Source of the DNA: Candidatus Pacearchaeota archaeon
GTDB taxonomy: Archaea; Nanobdellota; Nanobdellia; Pacearchaeales; GW2011-AR1
NCBI GenBank assembly: GCA_023136775.1
Contig: JAGLQO010000013.1
Location: forward strand, 1 to 53,286
Length of the DNA: 53,286 nucleotides
Reading direction: 5' to 3'
A program made the translations under genes and the position numbers. The notes under the pieces are model-generated. The model saw only the letters and a program-made list of their open reading frames with translations, ran no database searches and was not told the origin of the DNA. Of this stretch, positions 19,447 to 29,186 are shown piece after piece; the stretch's first letter is position 1; every line of letters begins with the position of its first letter.

Positions 19447-21006
19447 ATGGAAAAAATAAAAGAACTAAAAATGGAGCCTCGAGAATACCAAGCTGCTATT
19501 TTTGAAACATGCAAAGAAAAAGATTGTTTGGTAGTTTTACCAACAGGAACTGGAAAAACATTAATTGCATTAATGATGGCAATTGATAGATTTAAATCCA
19601 ATCCACTTCAAAAAATTTTAATCCTAGCGCCAACCCGTCCTTTAATCGAACAACATTTTGAATCTTTCAAAAAATCCTTACCAGAAAATTGGGCAGATAT
19701 GCAATTATTCACAGGAAAAACACCCTCCAATAAACGAAAAGAAATCTGGGAAACAGCTGAATTTATTTTCTCAACACCTCAATGTATTACAAACGACCTA
19801 AACAAAATGCTCTACAAATTAAACGAAGTTTCACTTCTCGTAGTAGACGAATGTCACAGGTGCCTAAAAAATTATGCATACAACCATGTAGCCAGCAAAT
19901 ATAAACTCCAAGGAGAAAACAAAAGAGTCTTAGCCCTAACAGCTTCTCCAGGAAGTGACAGACAAACAATCCAAGACGTCTGCGACAACCTCGGAATCAA
20001 AGCCGTAGAAATCAGGACAAGGGATTCCTCAGACGTTGCACCTTATTTACAAGAATTAGAATTTGAAAAAATTGACGTTGATTTTCCCCCAGAATTTTTA
20101 GAAATCAAAATATTATTAGAAGAAATCTATGACAAAAAAATTGCAGAATTAAAACACAGAGGAGTTTTTTTCGGATACCCCTCAAAAACAATGCTACTAA
20201 AAACTCAAGGAAGATTAATGGGAGAATTAAAAAAAGGAAAAAAAGAATTAAACACAATGCTCGCAGTTTCAGCAACAGCTACTGCCCTAAAAATTTCTCA
20301 TGCCCTAACACTTTTAGAAACCCAAACAATGTCCTCATTCATCGCATATATGAAAGATTTATTTGACCAAGCGGCTGCTGGAAAATCTCGTGGAGTTCAG
20401 CGATTAGTAAAAGCTCCAAGCTTCACAAAAGCTTACACTCTAGCAACAGCCCTTGGAAAAGAACATCCAAAAATACAAGTATTAAAAGAAATAATAGAAA
20501 AGCAATTCTCAATAGAACCAAATTCAAAAATAATTATATTCGCTCAATTCAGAGAAACCGTAAGAACAATCTCCGAAGAATTAAATAAAATCCCAGGAAT
20601 ATCCGCAGACAATTTTGTAGGTCAGGCAATCAAAGATCATGGAAAAGGAAAAACAACTGGATTAAAACAACGAGAGCAAAAAGCAATGATTGAAAAATTC
20701 AAGTCTGGAGAAATAAATATTTTAGTAGCAACTTCAATAGCCGAAGAAGGTCTAGATATTCCAGAAGTAAACGAAGTAATTTTCTACGAACCAATTCCCT
20801 CAGCCATTCGCTCAATCCAACGACGTGGACGAACCGCAAGACTCTCAAAAGGAAATTTAAAAATTCTAGTAACAAAAAATACACTGGATGAAACTTTCCA
20901 CTACGTAGCAGAAAACAAAGAAAGAAGAATGATTAGAGCAATTGACAAAATCAAAAAAGACTTCGACTCTGGAGTAAGACGAGAATATCAAGAAACTTTA
21001 TTGTAA
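19447..21006 (+). CDS. hef: Hef/FANCM-family SF2 helicase (no fused nuclease)
   Basis: PREYQ Q-motif, LPTGTGKT, DECHR, LTASPG, ATSIAEEGLDIP, IQRRGRTAR. Confidence 0.88.
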   Translation: MEKIKELKMEPREYQAAIFETCKEKDCLVVLPTGTGKTLIALMMAIDRFKSNPLQKILILAPTRPLIEQHFESFKKSLPENWADMQLFTGKTPSNKRKEIWETAEFIFSTPQCITNDLNKMLYKLNEVSLLVVDECHRCLKNYAYNHVASKYKLQGENKRVLALTASPGSDRQTIQDVCDNLGIKAVEIRTRDSSDVAPYLQELEFEKIDVDFPPEFLEIKILLEEIYDKKIAELKHRGVFFGYPSKTMLLKTQGRLMGELKKGKKELNTMLAVSATATALKISHALTLLETQTMSSFIAYMKDLFDQAAAGKSRGVQRLVKAPSFTKAYTLATALGKEHPKIQVLKEIIEKQFSIEPNSKIIIFAQFRETVRTISEELNKIPGISADNFVGQAIKDHGKGKTTGLKQREQKAMIEKFKSGEINILVATSIAEEGLDIPEVNEVIFYEPIPSAIRSIQRRGRTARLSKGNLKILVTKNTLDETFHYVAENKERRMIRAIDKIKKDFDSGVRREYQETLL

Positions 21007-22077
21007 TTATTTAATAAATCTAATTTGAAAATTTAAATTCATAAAAAACTTTCCATTTTCCTTGTATATATTACCAAAATTATGGCGAGAAGTACTTGCT
21101 GTATCTAATTTTGTATTATTTAAAAGATAATCCCCGAATTGATCCCTATTGTAAACATGATAACATAGGACATCTCCATTTTCTTTCACTATTATATACC
21201 CACCAGTAGCATCAAACTGATCATCCCAAACCTTAGATAGGGTCATTCCTAATGCAACATTTATTAAAAAATTTTTAATTTTAATTTTATAAAATTTATG
21301 AGAATTATTTTGATTAAATTCGCAAGGATTATTATCTGTAATTTTCAAAATTAAATCCGATATTTTACTTATTCCAAATTCATAAAAATACCTAATCAAT
21401 TCCGAAGCTATAATTGGAAACTGACTATCTATAACTTGTAAATTTAATTCAAAATTAGGCTCTCTCATCTTTCTGTATTTTAAAATTCCGCCATTGGATT
21501 TTATTTTTTCAATTTTTTCTTTAATAAATTGAAAACTATTTATATCTTCTATTTCTTTATCATCCAAAACTACCCCCTCTAATTCATAAATAAAATTCGT
21601 TGTCTTCCCTGCATTTAGTAAAGTTGATGGACTTCCAAGTCTAGACTTAATACTAAAACCAAGTTCTGGATTATAACCCGCTTGGGGATCATGCACTATC
21701 ATTGATATATCTCTCTTCTTGCTAGATTTAGACTTTATTTTTGAAATTCTTATTTTCTTCAAAAAACCTTCAATACCCTCGATAGAAAAAGACCCTTTTG
21801 ATTCTTTTATTTTTTCCAATAGAAACTCTGCTTTTTCTTTAAATTCTAAAACAGGAATCTCCTCCAACAATTCTCCATTAGAAGATTTAATTTTAATTAT
21901 TGAATCATAATAGTATTCTTTATTTTCACAGGAATCTTCTCTAAGAATTTTTATAATATCATAATAAATATTATTTAATTTATTTAATTTTGAATCTGCC
22001 GCATAAAGTTTACCTTCGGATAACAATTTTAAAAATACCAATAATTCACTCCACTCTCCCCTATTTCCTTTATTCAT
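21007..22077 (-). CDS. HpaII-family type II restriction endonuclease
   Basis: GNRGEWSE N-terminus, GFSIKSRLGSPSTLLNAG, LDTASTSRHNFG; coupled to a C5 methyltransferase. Confidence 0.8.
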   Translation of the reverse strand: MNKGNRGEWSELLVFLKLLSEGKLYAADSKLNKLNNIYYDIIKILREDSCENKEYYYDSIIKIKSSNGELLEEIPVLEFKEKAEFLLEKIKESKGSFSIEGIEGFLKKIRISKIKSKSSKKRDISMIVHDPQAGYNPELGFSIKSRLGSPSTLLNAGKTTNFIYELEGVVLDDKEIEDINSFQFIKEKIEKIKSNGGILKYRKMREPNFELNLQVIDSQFPIIASELIRYFYEFGISKISDLILKITDNNPCEFNQNNSHKFYKIKIKNFLINVALGMTLSKVWDDQFDATGGYIIVKENGDVLCYHVYNRDQFGDYLLNNTKLDTASTSRHNFGNIYKENGKFFMNLNFQIRFIK

Positions 22078-23071
22078 TTTTATCAACCGATTTTAATGAT
22101 TTAATTAATTCCTTAGCTGTTGCATATATTGCAGAAACTGCAACTGAATTCCCAAATTGCTTATACGCTTGAGCATCCGAAACTAAAATTTTAAATGAGT
22201 CAGGAAACCCTTGAAGTCTTGCCCATTCTCTAGGTGTCATTTTTCTAACACCTTTTCTATTTATGGGACCCTTGATATGAGTAGTAGGAATTAAATTTTT
22301 CTGCCTTTTATCTATTATTAAATTTCTTTCTTTTCCCATTCCTCCTACAAGGATTGCATTCGCCACTCCCTTCTTATCAATAATTTGAAACCCGAATCCA
22401 TTTCCTTTTTTAGAATGCCTTTCTTTATGTCTTTTTAATGTGTTTAAATAAACATCGGATAAATAATATTTTGCTGGAACTGGGTCTTTTTCCATCACAT
22501 CTTCAAATGAAATTGTTTTTTTGTTTTTTTTAGGATAACTAAAAGAATTAATACCTAAATCGTTTCTAAATCCCACAATAAAAATTCTTTCCCTATTTTG
22601 AGCTAAGCCAAAATCTTTTGCATTCATTATCTGAGGATCTGTAACATAATAGCCCAAATCGTTTCTCAGAACATTAAGAATAGTAGAAAGAGTCCTTCCT
22701 TTATCATGGTTCATTAGACCCTTGACATTCTCTAAAAAAATAGCTTTAGGTCTTTTTTCCTTTATTATTCTAGCCACTTCAAAAAACAAAGTTCCTCGAA
22801 TATCTCCAAAACCTTTTCTTTTACCCGCTATAGAAAACGCCTGACAGGGAAACCCTCCGCACAAAATATCATGATCTGGGACATCTTTTTCATCTATTTT
22901 TGTAATATCACCTAATGGGATTTCTCCAAAATTTTCATTATATGTTTCTTGAGCAAATCTATCTATCTCTGAACTCATAACACATTTTCCACCAACTTTC
23001 TCAAATGCTAATCTAATTCCACCAATTCCAGAAAATAAATCAATGAAAGTAAACCCTCCTCCTTTCTTCAT
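22070..23071 (-). CDS. DNA (cytosine-5) methyltransferase, M.HpaII-like
   Basis: FSGIGG, GFPCQ, ENVKG, QNRERI, QFGNSV motifs. Confidence 0.93.
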   Translation of the reverse strand: MKKGGGFTFIDLFSGIGGIRLAFEKVGGKCVMSSEIDRFAQETYNENFGEIPLGDITKIDEKDVPDHDILCGGFPCQAFSIAGKRKGFGDIRGTLFFEVARIIKEKRPKAIFLENVKGLMNHDKGRTLSTILNVLRNDLGYYVTDPQIMNAKDFGLAQNRERIFIVGFRNDLGINSFSYPKKNKKTISFEDVMEKDPVPAKYYLSDVYLNTLKRHKERHSKKGNGFGFQIIDKKGVANAILVGGMGKERNLIIDKRQKNLIPTTHIKGPINRKGVRKMTPREWARLQGFPDSFKILVSDAQAYKQFGNSVAVSAIYATAKELIKSLKSVDKNE

Positions 23072-23250
23072 ATAACTATATATTTTTTCAGTTTTTATAA
23101 CTTGCTTATTCTAATGTTTATTTGTTGAATCTTCGATTCAATTATTTAATATCGTTCCTCCCTTTACGGCATCCGCCTATTATTCAACCAATCGCTCATT
23201 CATTCCACTGAAGTTCCATTCATTCACTCCAACGAGCTTACGAACTAATT

Positions 23251-23310
23251 GCCTTGATCCGTGAATACCGAAGGTATCTGTGAAAATCCGTGAGCAAAAA
23301 AATTGCCTTT
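23251..23310 (+). repeat. Family A repeat
   Basis: gccttgatccgtgaa-TACCGAAGGTA-tctgtgaaaatccgtgagcaaaaaaattgcc. Confidence 0.85.
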
Positions 23311-23328
23311 CTATCCTCTCTCCCAAAA

Positions 23329-24771
23329 TTATCTTTTCTTTATTATCGCTCTTTCTAATTTCGACGCTATAATTTTATGCGGAAAATATTCTTTCAAAAT
23401 TTCCAAATTATTATCAACCATTTTATGCCGAAGTTTTTTACTAGCCAAAAATTTCAAAGTCTCACTCAAAACATCATCTTCAACTTCAAATTTATCTAAA
23501 GCCAAAAGAGAAAAATTAAACTTCTCGATATCCTTTTTGAAAACTGGATATTTGTAAACAACTGGAATCAACCCCGACGCTAAAACTTCCAATAAATTAT
23601 TTCCAAATCCCTCAACCTCGCTAAAGTAAGTAGAAAAACCTCCAAGCCTAGCAAAAATTCGAGGATACTCATCAAACGACAATTTAGTTTTATCATAATA
23701 ATCCTCAGCAAAAATCAAAAATACTCGTTTCCCAGTTTCCTTCGCTAATTTTTTATTCAACTTAATTAACTCTCTTTTATATTTAGCACCAGTAACATCC
23801 GCCTGCCCAGAAACCAAAAAATACAACGCTTTCTTTTTGGATTTTTCAAGTAACTCGTAACAATACTTCAAAGCAAAATCAATTCGCTTCCTCTCAACAA
23901 TTCGAGTATGCTGCAAACAAAACAAAGTATCTTTCAACCTTAACCCCTCTCGTCCTAAAAACCCCTTAATATCAAAATCTCGAATAAACCGCTTAACTCG
24001 AGTTCCATTGTCCATCGCATCAATATCCCTAAACGAATTAATAAAAGTCCCAGTCGTATTATACGCGACATTATGATTCGACAAAATTTTCTTATAAAAT
24101 CCCTTATACTTTTTATCAATCTCTAAAAAATATTTCTTAACACTTCTAAGTTGTAAATTATTAATAAAAATAATATACTCTACAAATCGACCAGGAACTC
24201 CTTCCAACAAATATTTCCTAACATCATTTGACGGCCGACTAAAATGCTCTCTCTCCAAATGAGAATCGTGCCACCATAAAATATACTTAGGAGTTTTTCT
24301 CCCTCTGGCAATAGCGTCCCTATAATATCTAGAAAGCGCAACTGAACTAATAAAATTCACAGGATGCGAAGAATTATGAACAATCAAAATATCTATTTTA
24401 TTTTCTTTAACCCAATTTTCAATTCTAATCTTTGCCTTCAAAATCGAAGCCTCAATCCTTTCGCTCAAATGTCCACCATACCCACTCTCAAAATTACCAA
24501 GCATTTTTCTATTCACTTTATGCCTATCCCACAAAACCTCATCCTCAGTAATTCTTAATTCTTTCTTAGATGTCTTTCCAACAAGATAGAAAATATTTTC
24601 TTTTGGAACTTTCAAATTTTCCCTCATCACATTTTCAACCTGCTCCATAACAATAGAAACTCCATCTGAAAATCCAACCTGAGAATGCACAACTCCATAC
24701 TTCAATTTAGGAATGTCCTTCTTAGAAATCTCCCTCAACTTTTTATTACCAACTCCCGTTTTTCGGCACAT
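23329..24771 (-). CDS. GT-B glycosyltransferase (GT4; mannosylglucosylglycerate synthase-like)
   Basis: DGVSIV, WHDSHLER, QHTRIVERKRID, SEVEGFGNNLLE motifs. Confidence 0.75.
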   Translation of the reverse strand: MCRKTGVGNKKLREISKKDIPKLKYGVVHSQVGFSDGVSIVMEQVENVMRENLKVPKENIFYLVGKTSKKELRITEDEVLWDRHKVNRKMLGNFESGYGGHLSERIEASILKAKIRIENWVKENKIDILIVHNSSHPVNFISSVALSRYYRDAIARGRKTPKYILWWHDSHLEREHFSRPSNDVRKYLLEGVPGRFVEYIIFINNLQLRSVKKYFLEIDKKYKGFYKKILSNHNVAYNTTGTFINSFRDIDAMDNGTRVKRFIRDFDIKGFLGREGLRLKDTLFCLQHTRIVERKRIDFALKYCYELLEKSKKKALYFLVSGQADVTGAKYKRELIKLNKKLAKETGKRVFLIFAEDYYDKTKLSFDEYPRIFARLGGFSTYFSEVEGFGNNLLEVLASGLIPVVYKYPVFKKDIEKFNFSLLALDKFEVEDDVLSETLKFLASKKLRHKMVDNNLEILKEYFPHKIIASKLERAIIKKR

Positions 24772-24855
24772 CTTTTCTTCAATGATAAAAACTTTAAAAG
24801 TTTATCCTAAGGTCCAACAAATAAATTATTATACTTGTATATCCTTAATAAATAC

Positions 24856-25542
24856 ATGAAAGAAATAGAAAATATTTTTTCAAAATCTCCAACAATAAAA
24901 GAAGTCCCTTGTCCAAATCCAAAAATCCCAATAGTCGTCGACACCCGAGAAAAACAATCATTAATAGCCGCAAATCTTCTAGAAAGAAAAGCAAATATCT
25001 CTTTTGAAAAATTAGATATTGGAGATTATTTAATTGAAGAAACATGTATTGAAAGAAAAACTTTTTCAGATTTCGTAAGCTCGATGTTAAACAAAAGACT
25101 TCATGAACAATTAATCAACCTAAAAAAATACAATAAATATTTCTTATTAATAGAAGGATTTTATTATAATTACAATAAATTTAATATTCACGAAAACGCA
25201 ATCAGAGGGATGCTTCTTTCAATCGCAAACGATTTTCAAATCCCAATAGTTTACACAGAAAATGAAAAAGATACTTCAAAATTTTTAATAACCCTAGCAA
25301 AACGTTTTGAAAAACCAAAATCTTCTTCCTCAATAAGACACTCAAAAAACAATAAAACACTAGAAGAACAGAAACAATTTATCTTAGAAGGCTTCCCAGG
25401 AATCGGACCAGTAGCAGCCTCAACCCTTCTAACAGAATTCGGAACCCTAAAAAATATATTTAGAACATTGCCAGAAGAATTACACAAAATAAAATTAGAC
25501 GAAAAACAAATTGGGAAATTCTTTAGCTTGCTTAATGATTAA
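24856..25542 (+). CDS. XPF/ERCC4-family nuclease with HhH domain
   Basis: VDTRE, GDY, IERKTFSDF, LLIEG, GFPGIGP. Confidence 0.9.
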   Translation: MKEIENIFSKSPTIKEVPCPNPKIPIVVDTREKQSLIAANLLERKANISFEKLDIGDYLIEETCIERKTFSDFVSSMLNKRLHEQLINLKKYNKYFLLIEGFYYNYNKFNIHENAIRGMLLSIANDFQIPIVYTENEKDTSKFLITLAKRFEKPKSSSSIRHSKNNKTLEEQKQFILEGFPGIGPVAASTLLTEFGTLKNIFRTLPEELHKIKLDEKQIGKFFSLLND

Positions 25543-25818
25543 TCTTCGTATTTTACAAAATAAAAATACGCCAAGTCCGACCTAATTGCCAAGCATGCGA
25601 AACAAAATTTGGGCGATTGTTGTCCTCTGGACAGGAGCGTAAAGAAATTTTATTTCGCCTTATATTATTTAATTTAATTTCAATTTTTAATAAAAAATTG
25701 AAATTAAATTAAAACTAACTAAGGGGGTACACAGCGAAGGGGGATATCCCCCTTCGCTAAATAAAATTGGACGAAAAACAAATAGGAAAATTCTTTAGTT
25801 TACTTAATGATTAATCTT
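25487..25818. mobile_element. 212-bp palindrome-rich insert flanked by 60-bp direct repeats of the ERCC4 3' end (25487-25546 / 25759-25818)
   Basis: Two 60-bp copies differing at 5 positions; insert holds a hairpin at ~25668-25713 and a perfect 26-bp palindrome at 25733-25758. Confidence 0.65.
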
Positions 25819-26917
25819 TCTTTTGAAATTCATAAATACCTTTAATTTCCTCATCAGATAAATCTCTATTATATACCATAACATCATCAAGTGAAGCCTC
25901 TATACAATTTGTTCCTCCAGCAGTACATCCTATCCTAATAGAATTACTAGTAGTATCTGCTACAAGGTTTACCGCTCTATCTTGAACCAACTCTCCATCA
26001 ATATAAAATTTAATTGCCTTATCTCCATCATAAGTAAATACTGCATGATTCCATTCGTTAAGAACAAGCCCAGTTCCCGTAGTCTGATGGGCATCGTTGC
26101 ACCAAAATGCCATAGAAAGTTGACTATTGTTTTTTATAGATAACATTGAACCATGGGCATCACATCCGCCCCCATATGCTACAACTCTATTATATGTAGC
26201 CGTAGAATAAGAAACAGGTTTGACCCAAGCCATCATCGTCCTGGGACTATTCCCCAAAGGAGCATTATTAAAAACATCTTTTTTTACATAATCTCCAACC
26301 CCGTCTAAAACCAAAACATCTCCATTAATATTCGCATTTCCAAATATTGCCAAATCATTACTCCCAACACTATCCATCACATCACCGTCAAATTTCCACC
26401 AACTAACCAAACCAGTCATAGGCATTTCATAAATATAATCTCGTCCAATTTCATAAACAATTCCAGAACTACTTATCCCACTCGACGGCAACTCAACATC
26501 CGAAGTAGCATCCCCTTCCTTTTCTCTATTCCCCACCGCAAAAATCGGAGCAACACTAACCGAATCTGGCTCACCAATTCCATTCATATCAAAATAATAA
26601 ACCTTAGTATTCCCACTCGCAGGAGCAACAACCGAACTAGAATGACTATTTCCCTCGACGTTAAAAGTAATTTTTATCCTATTCATAACACCCTCATCAA
26701 CATCTCGCTTAACCTGAACCATCGCAATTTCCTTAACAGAATCATAAGCAGTATAACCCTTATTTAAAACACTAACTCGTCCAGACAATGAAGAAAAATC
26801 CAAGCTATCTTGAATCATCGGAATAATCGCAACCCAAACAATTCCAACAGCAGCAACAGTAATCAAAATTATCATCACCGTCGCAATAATAGCACTAATC
26901 CCTCTTTTATTATACAT
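25811..26917 (-). CDS. Pilin-type N-terminus + LamG/ConA-like lectin domain protein (copy 1)
   Basis: MYNKRG|ISAIIATVMIILITVAAVGIVW; GLVSWWKFDG...WNHAVFTYDG...LDDVMVYNRDLS. Confidence 0.85.
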   Translation of the reverse strand: MYNKRGISAIIATVMIILITVAAVGIVWVAIIPMIQDSLDFSSLSGRVSVLNKGYTAYDSVKEIAMVQVKRDVDEGVMNRIKITFNVEGNSHSSSVVAPASGNTKVYYFDMNGIGEPDSVSVAPIFAVGNREKEGDATSDVELPSSGISSSGIVYEIGRDYIYEMPMTGLVSWWKFDGDVMDSVGSNDLAIFGNANINGDVLVLDGVGDYVKKDVFNNAPLGNSPRTMMAWVKPVSYSTATYNRVVAYGGGCDAHGSMLSIKNNSQLSMAFWCNDAHQTTGTGLVLNEWNHAVFTYDGDKAIKFYIDGELVQDRAVNLVADTTSNSIRIGCTAGGTNCIEASLDDVMVYNRDLSDEEIKGIYEFQKKD

Positions 26918-27022
26918 AATAAAATTAAGAAAATATATTATATAAAAGTTGGGAATCAAATCGCCCGCTCAGTTTCTTCGCTCACTCCAAACCCTAGAGC
27001 AATTTTAATTTTAACCAAGAAA

Positions 27023-27763
27023 TTACTGCATAAATTCAGAAATTATTTTGGCACAAATTTTTATTGTTCTCATATCAAACAATTTATCCTTCGAAGGAAT
27101 AGCCTCGACAATATCCATAGCCTTCAAACTTTTAATCCTAAAAATCCTCTTCAACAAATAAAGCAATTCCTTAGAAGTCATTCCACCAACCTCTGGATAA
27201 CTTACCGCAGGAGCAAACGCAGGGTCAATAACATCAATATCAACCGAAACATAAACATCCCGCCCATTAGCTTTCTCAGTAATATAGTCCGCCGCAGCCT
27301 CCATATCATTAATCTCCGAAAAAACCTTAACATTTTTTTCAATCAAAAATCTCTCTTCTTCTGGCTCAATTTTTCTAGCCCCAACCAAAATAACATTCTC
27401 TGGATTAAACCCATCCTCAATTATCGCTCGAAGAAATTCTTCATGAGTAGGCTCTTTCATTGGAGGCATACAGTCAGCATGAGCATCAAACACAATCAAA
27501 AAAGCATTTTTATAATTTTCCCGGAAAGCCTTAAATATTGGATAAGTTATCGAATGGTCTCCCCCAACAAAACAAACTTTCTCCTGATTAGATAAAACCC
27601 CTCTAGCCTTATCTAAAATTTGTTCTTCAGACTTCTCAATATCGCTATTATCAACTTCTAATATCTCAAAATCTCGCTTAAGTTCCTTACCAATAGCCTT
27701 ACTCATATCTTCAGGACCCTTATGCCCAAGTGCATTAATACGCGGAACTCCAATAATTTTCAT
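27023..27763 (-). CDS. Arginase/agmatinase (ureohydrolase) family protein
   Basis: GGDHSIT, DAHAD, SVDIDVIDP motifs. Confidence 0.9.
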   Translation of the reverse strand: MKIIGVPRINALGHKGPEDMSKAIGKELKRDFEILEVDNSDIEKSEEQILDKARGVLSNQEKVCFVGGDHSITYPIFKAFRENYKNAFLIVFDAHADCMPPMKEPTHEEFLRAIIEDGFNPENVILVGARKIEPEEERFLIEKNVKVFSEINDMEAAADYITEKANGRDVYVSVDIDVIDPAFAPAVSYPEVGGMTSKELLYLLKRIFRIKSLKAMDIVEAIPSKDKLFDMRTIKICAKIISEFMQ

Positions 27764-27793
27764 AACAATAAAAAATAAAACAAGATTTTAAGT

Positions 27794-28960
27794 TTATTCA
27801 TTCTTTTGAAATTCATAAATAGATTTCACCTCATTTTCAGATAAAGCCCTGTTGTAAATCATAGCATCATCAATCATTCCGTCCATCTCGCCCCATGAGG
27901 CACCTATTTGATATTGACTATTCATATTAAGAACTCCGTTCACAACAGAAGACTTGCTAACTATTAATTCGCCATCTACGTAAATATACATCATAGATTC
28001 CGCCCTATCTAACACATATGCAATATGCTTCCATTCTTCTAAAGATACAATGTCAACAGGAGTACCAATAGAAAAAGAACTTGCGTCTCCATATCCTCTA
28101 CCTCCGAAAACAATCCTCCCATCTGAATGAATACCTCCCACAACCCAAACACAAGAATCTGTAGTAGACCAAGCTGAACAATAATTACTTTGTTGTATAA
28201 ATCTTATATAATCGCCACGAGATATAGAACTAAAACTTCTGGGATATACCCATAGTGAATAAGAATAGCTTTCTCCATCTGGACTCAAATCTTGACCTGG
28301 AGAATAATATACATAACTATTATCAACACCACTCAAGTCAATCCCACTCCTTTCATCTACAGAATTAAAATTTACTCCACCAGATGCCTCTACCAAATCA
28401 TTACTCCCAACACTATCCGTAGCATCCCCGTCAAATTTCCACCAACTAACCAAACCAGTCATAGGCATTTCATAAATATAATCTCGTCCAATTTCATAAA
28501 CAATTCCAGAACTGCTTATCCCACTCGACGGCAACTCAACATCCGAAGTAGCATCCCCTTCCCTTTCTCTATTCCCCACCGCAAAAATCGGAGCAACACT
28601 AACCGAATCTGGCTCACCAATTCCATTCATATCAAAATAATAAACCTTAGTATTTCCACTCGCAGGAGCAACAACCGAACTAGAATGACTATTTCCCTGA
28701 ACATCAAAAGTAATTTTTATCCTATCCATAACTCCTTCATCAACATCTCGCTTAACCTGAACCATCGCAATTTCCTTAACAGAATCATAAGCAGTATAAC
28801 CCTTATTCAAAACACTAACTCGTCCAGACAATGAGGAAAAATCCAAGCTATCTTGAATCATCGGAATAATCGCAACCCAAACAATTCCAACGGCAGCAAC
28901 AGTAATCAAAATTATCATCACCGTCGCAATGATAGCACTAATCCCCCTTTTATTATACAT
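27794..28960 (-). CDS. Pilin-type N-terminus + LamG/ConA-like lectin domain protein (copy 2)
   Basis: Same N-terminal ~190 aa as copy 1, different LamG core (WKHIAYV...IDDAMIYNRALS). Confidence 0.85.
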   Translation of the reverse strand: MYNKRGISAIIATVMIILITVAAVGIVWVAIIPMIQDSLDFSSLSGRVSVLNKGYTAYDSVKEIAMVQVKRDVDEGVMDRIKITFDVQGNSHSSSVVAPASGNTKVYYFDMNGIGEPDSVSVAPIFAVGNREREGDATSDVELPSSGISSSGIVYEIGRDYIYEMPMTGLVSWWKFDGDATDSVGSNDLVEASGGVNFNSVDERSGIDLSGVDNSYVYYSPGQDLSPDGESYSYSLWVYPRSFSSISRGDYIRFIQQSNYCSAWSTTDSCVWVVGGIHSDGRIVFGGRGYGDASSFSIGTPVDIVSLEEWKHIAYVLDRAESMMYIYVDGELIVSKSSVVNGVLNMNSQYQIGASWGEMDGMIDDAMIYNRALSENEVKSIYEFQKNE

Positions 28961-29066
28961 AATGGAATTAAGAAAATATATTATATAAAAGTTGGGAATC
29001 AATCGCTCGAAGCTCCGCTTCTCACTCCAAAAATCCATCCTCACTCCTAAAATCATAACCCCCCCG

Positions 29067-29137
29067 TCCGTGAATACCGAATGTATCCATGTAAATCCGT
29101 GAGCAAAATTACCTTCCTTCCCCTGTCTTAGATTCCA
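29067..29137 (+). repeat. Family A repeat
   Basis: tccgtgaataccgaatgtatccatgtaaatccgtgagcaaaatt...cccctgtcttagattcc. Confidence 0.8.
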
Positions 29138-29186
29138 AACTAAACATTCTCAAAAAAATAAAAATCACAATATAAAATCAAAATTA

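Noticed and set aside
21007-23071. CCGG avoidance as proof of R-M specificity
   Set aside because: CCGG sites are present (e.g. ~1237, ~6082, ~15551) and depletion cannot be quantified without computation; specificity remains inferred from family resemblance
26810-28834. Plus-strand ORFs of 261 and 180 aa
   Set aside because: Antisense to well-supported arginase and pilin-LamG genes
25811-29002. Diversity-generating retroelement (TR/VR) explanation for the pilin-LamG pair
   Set aside because: No reverse transcriptase in the window; both copies are full genes; differences are not confined to adenines and the tips differ by indels
26918-29056. Extended N-termini given by the ORF track for the pilin-LamG genes
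   Set aside because: The extensions run through the TATA region; the class III leader begins at MYNKRG (26917 and 28960)
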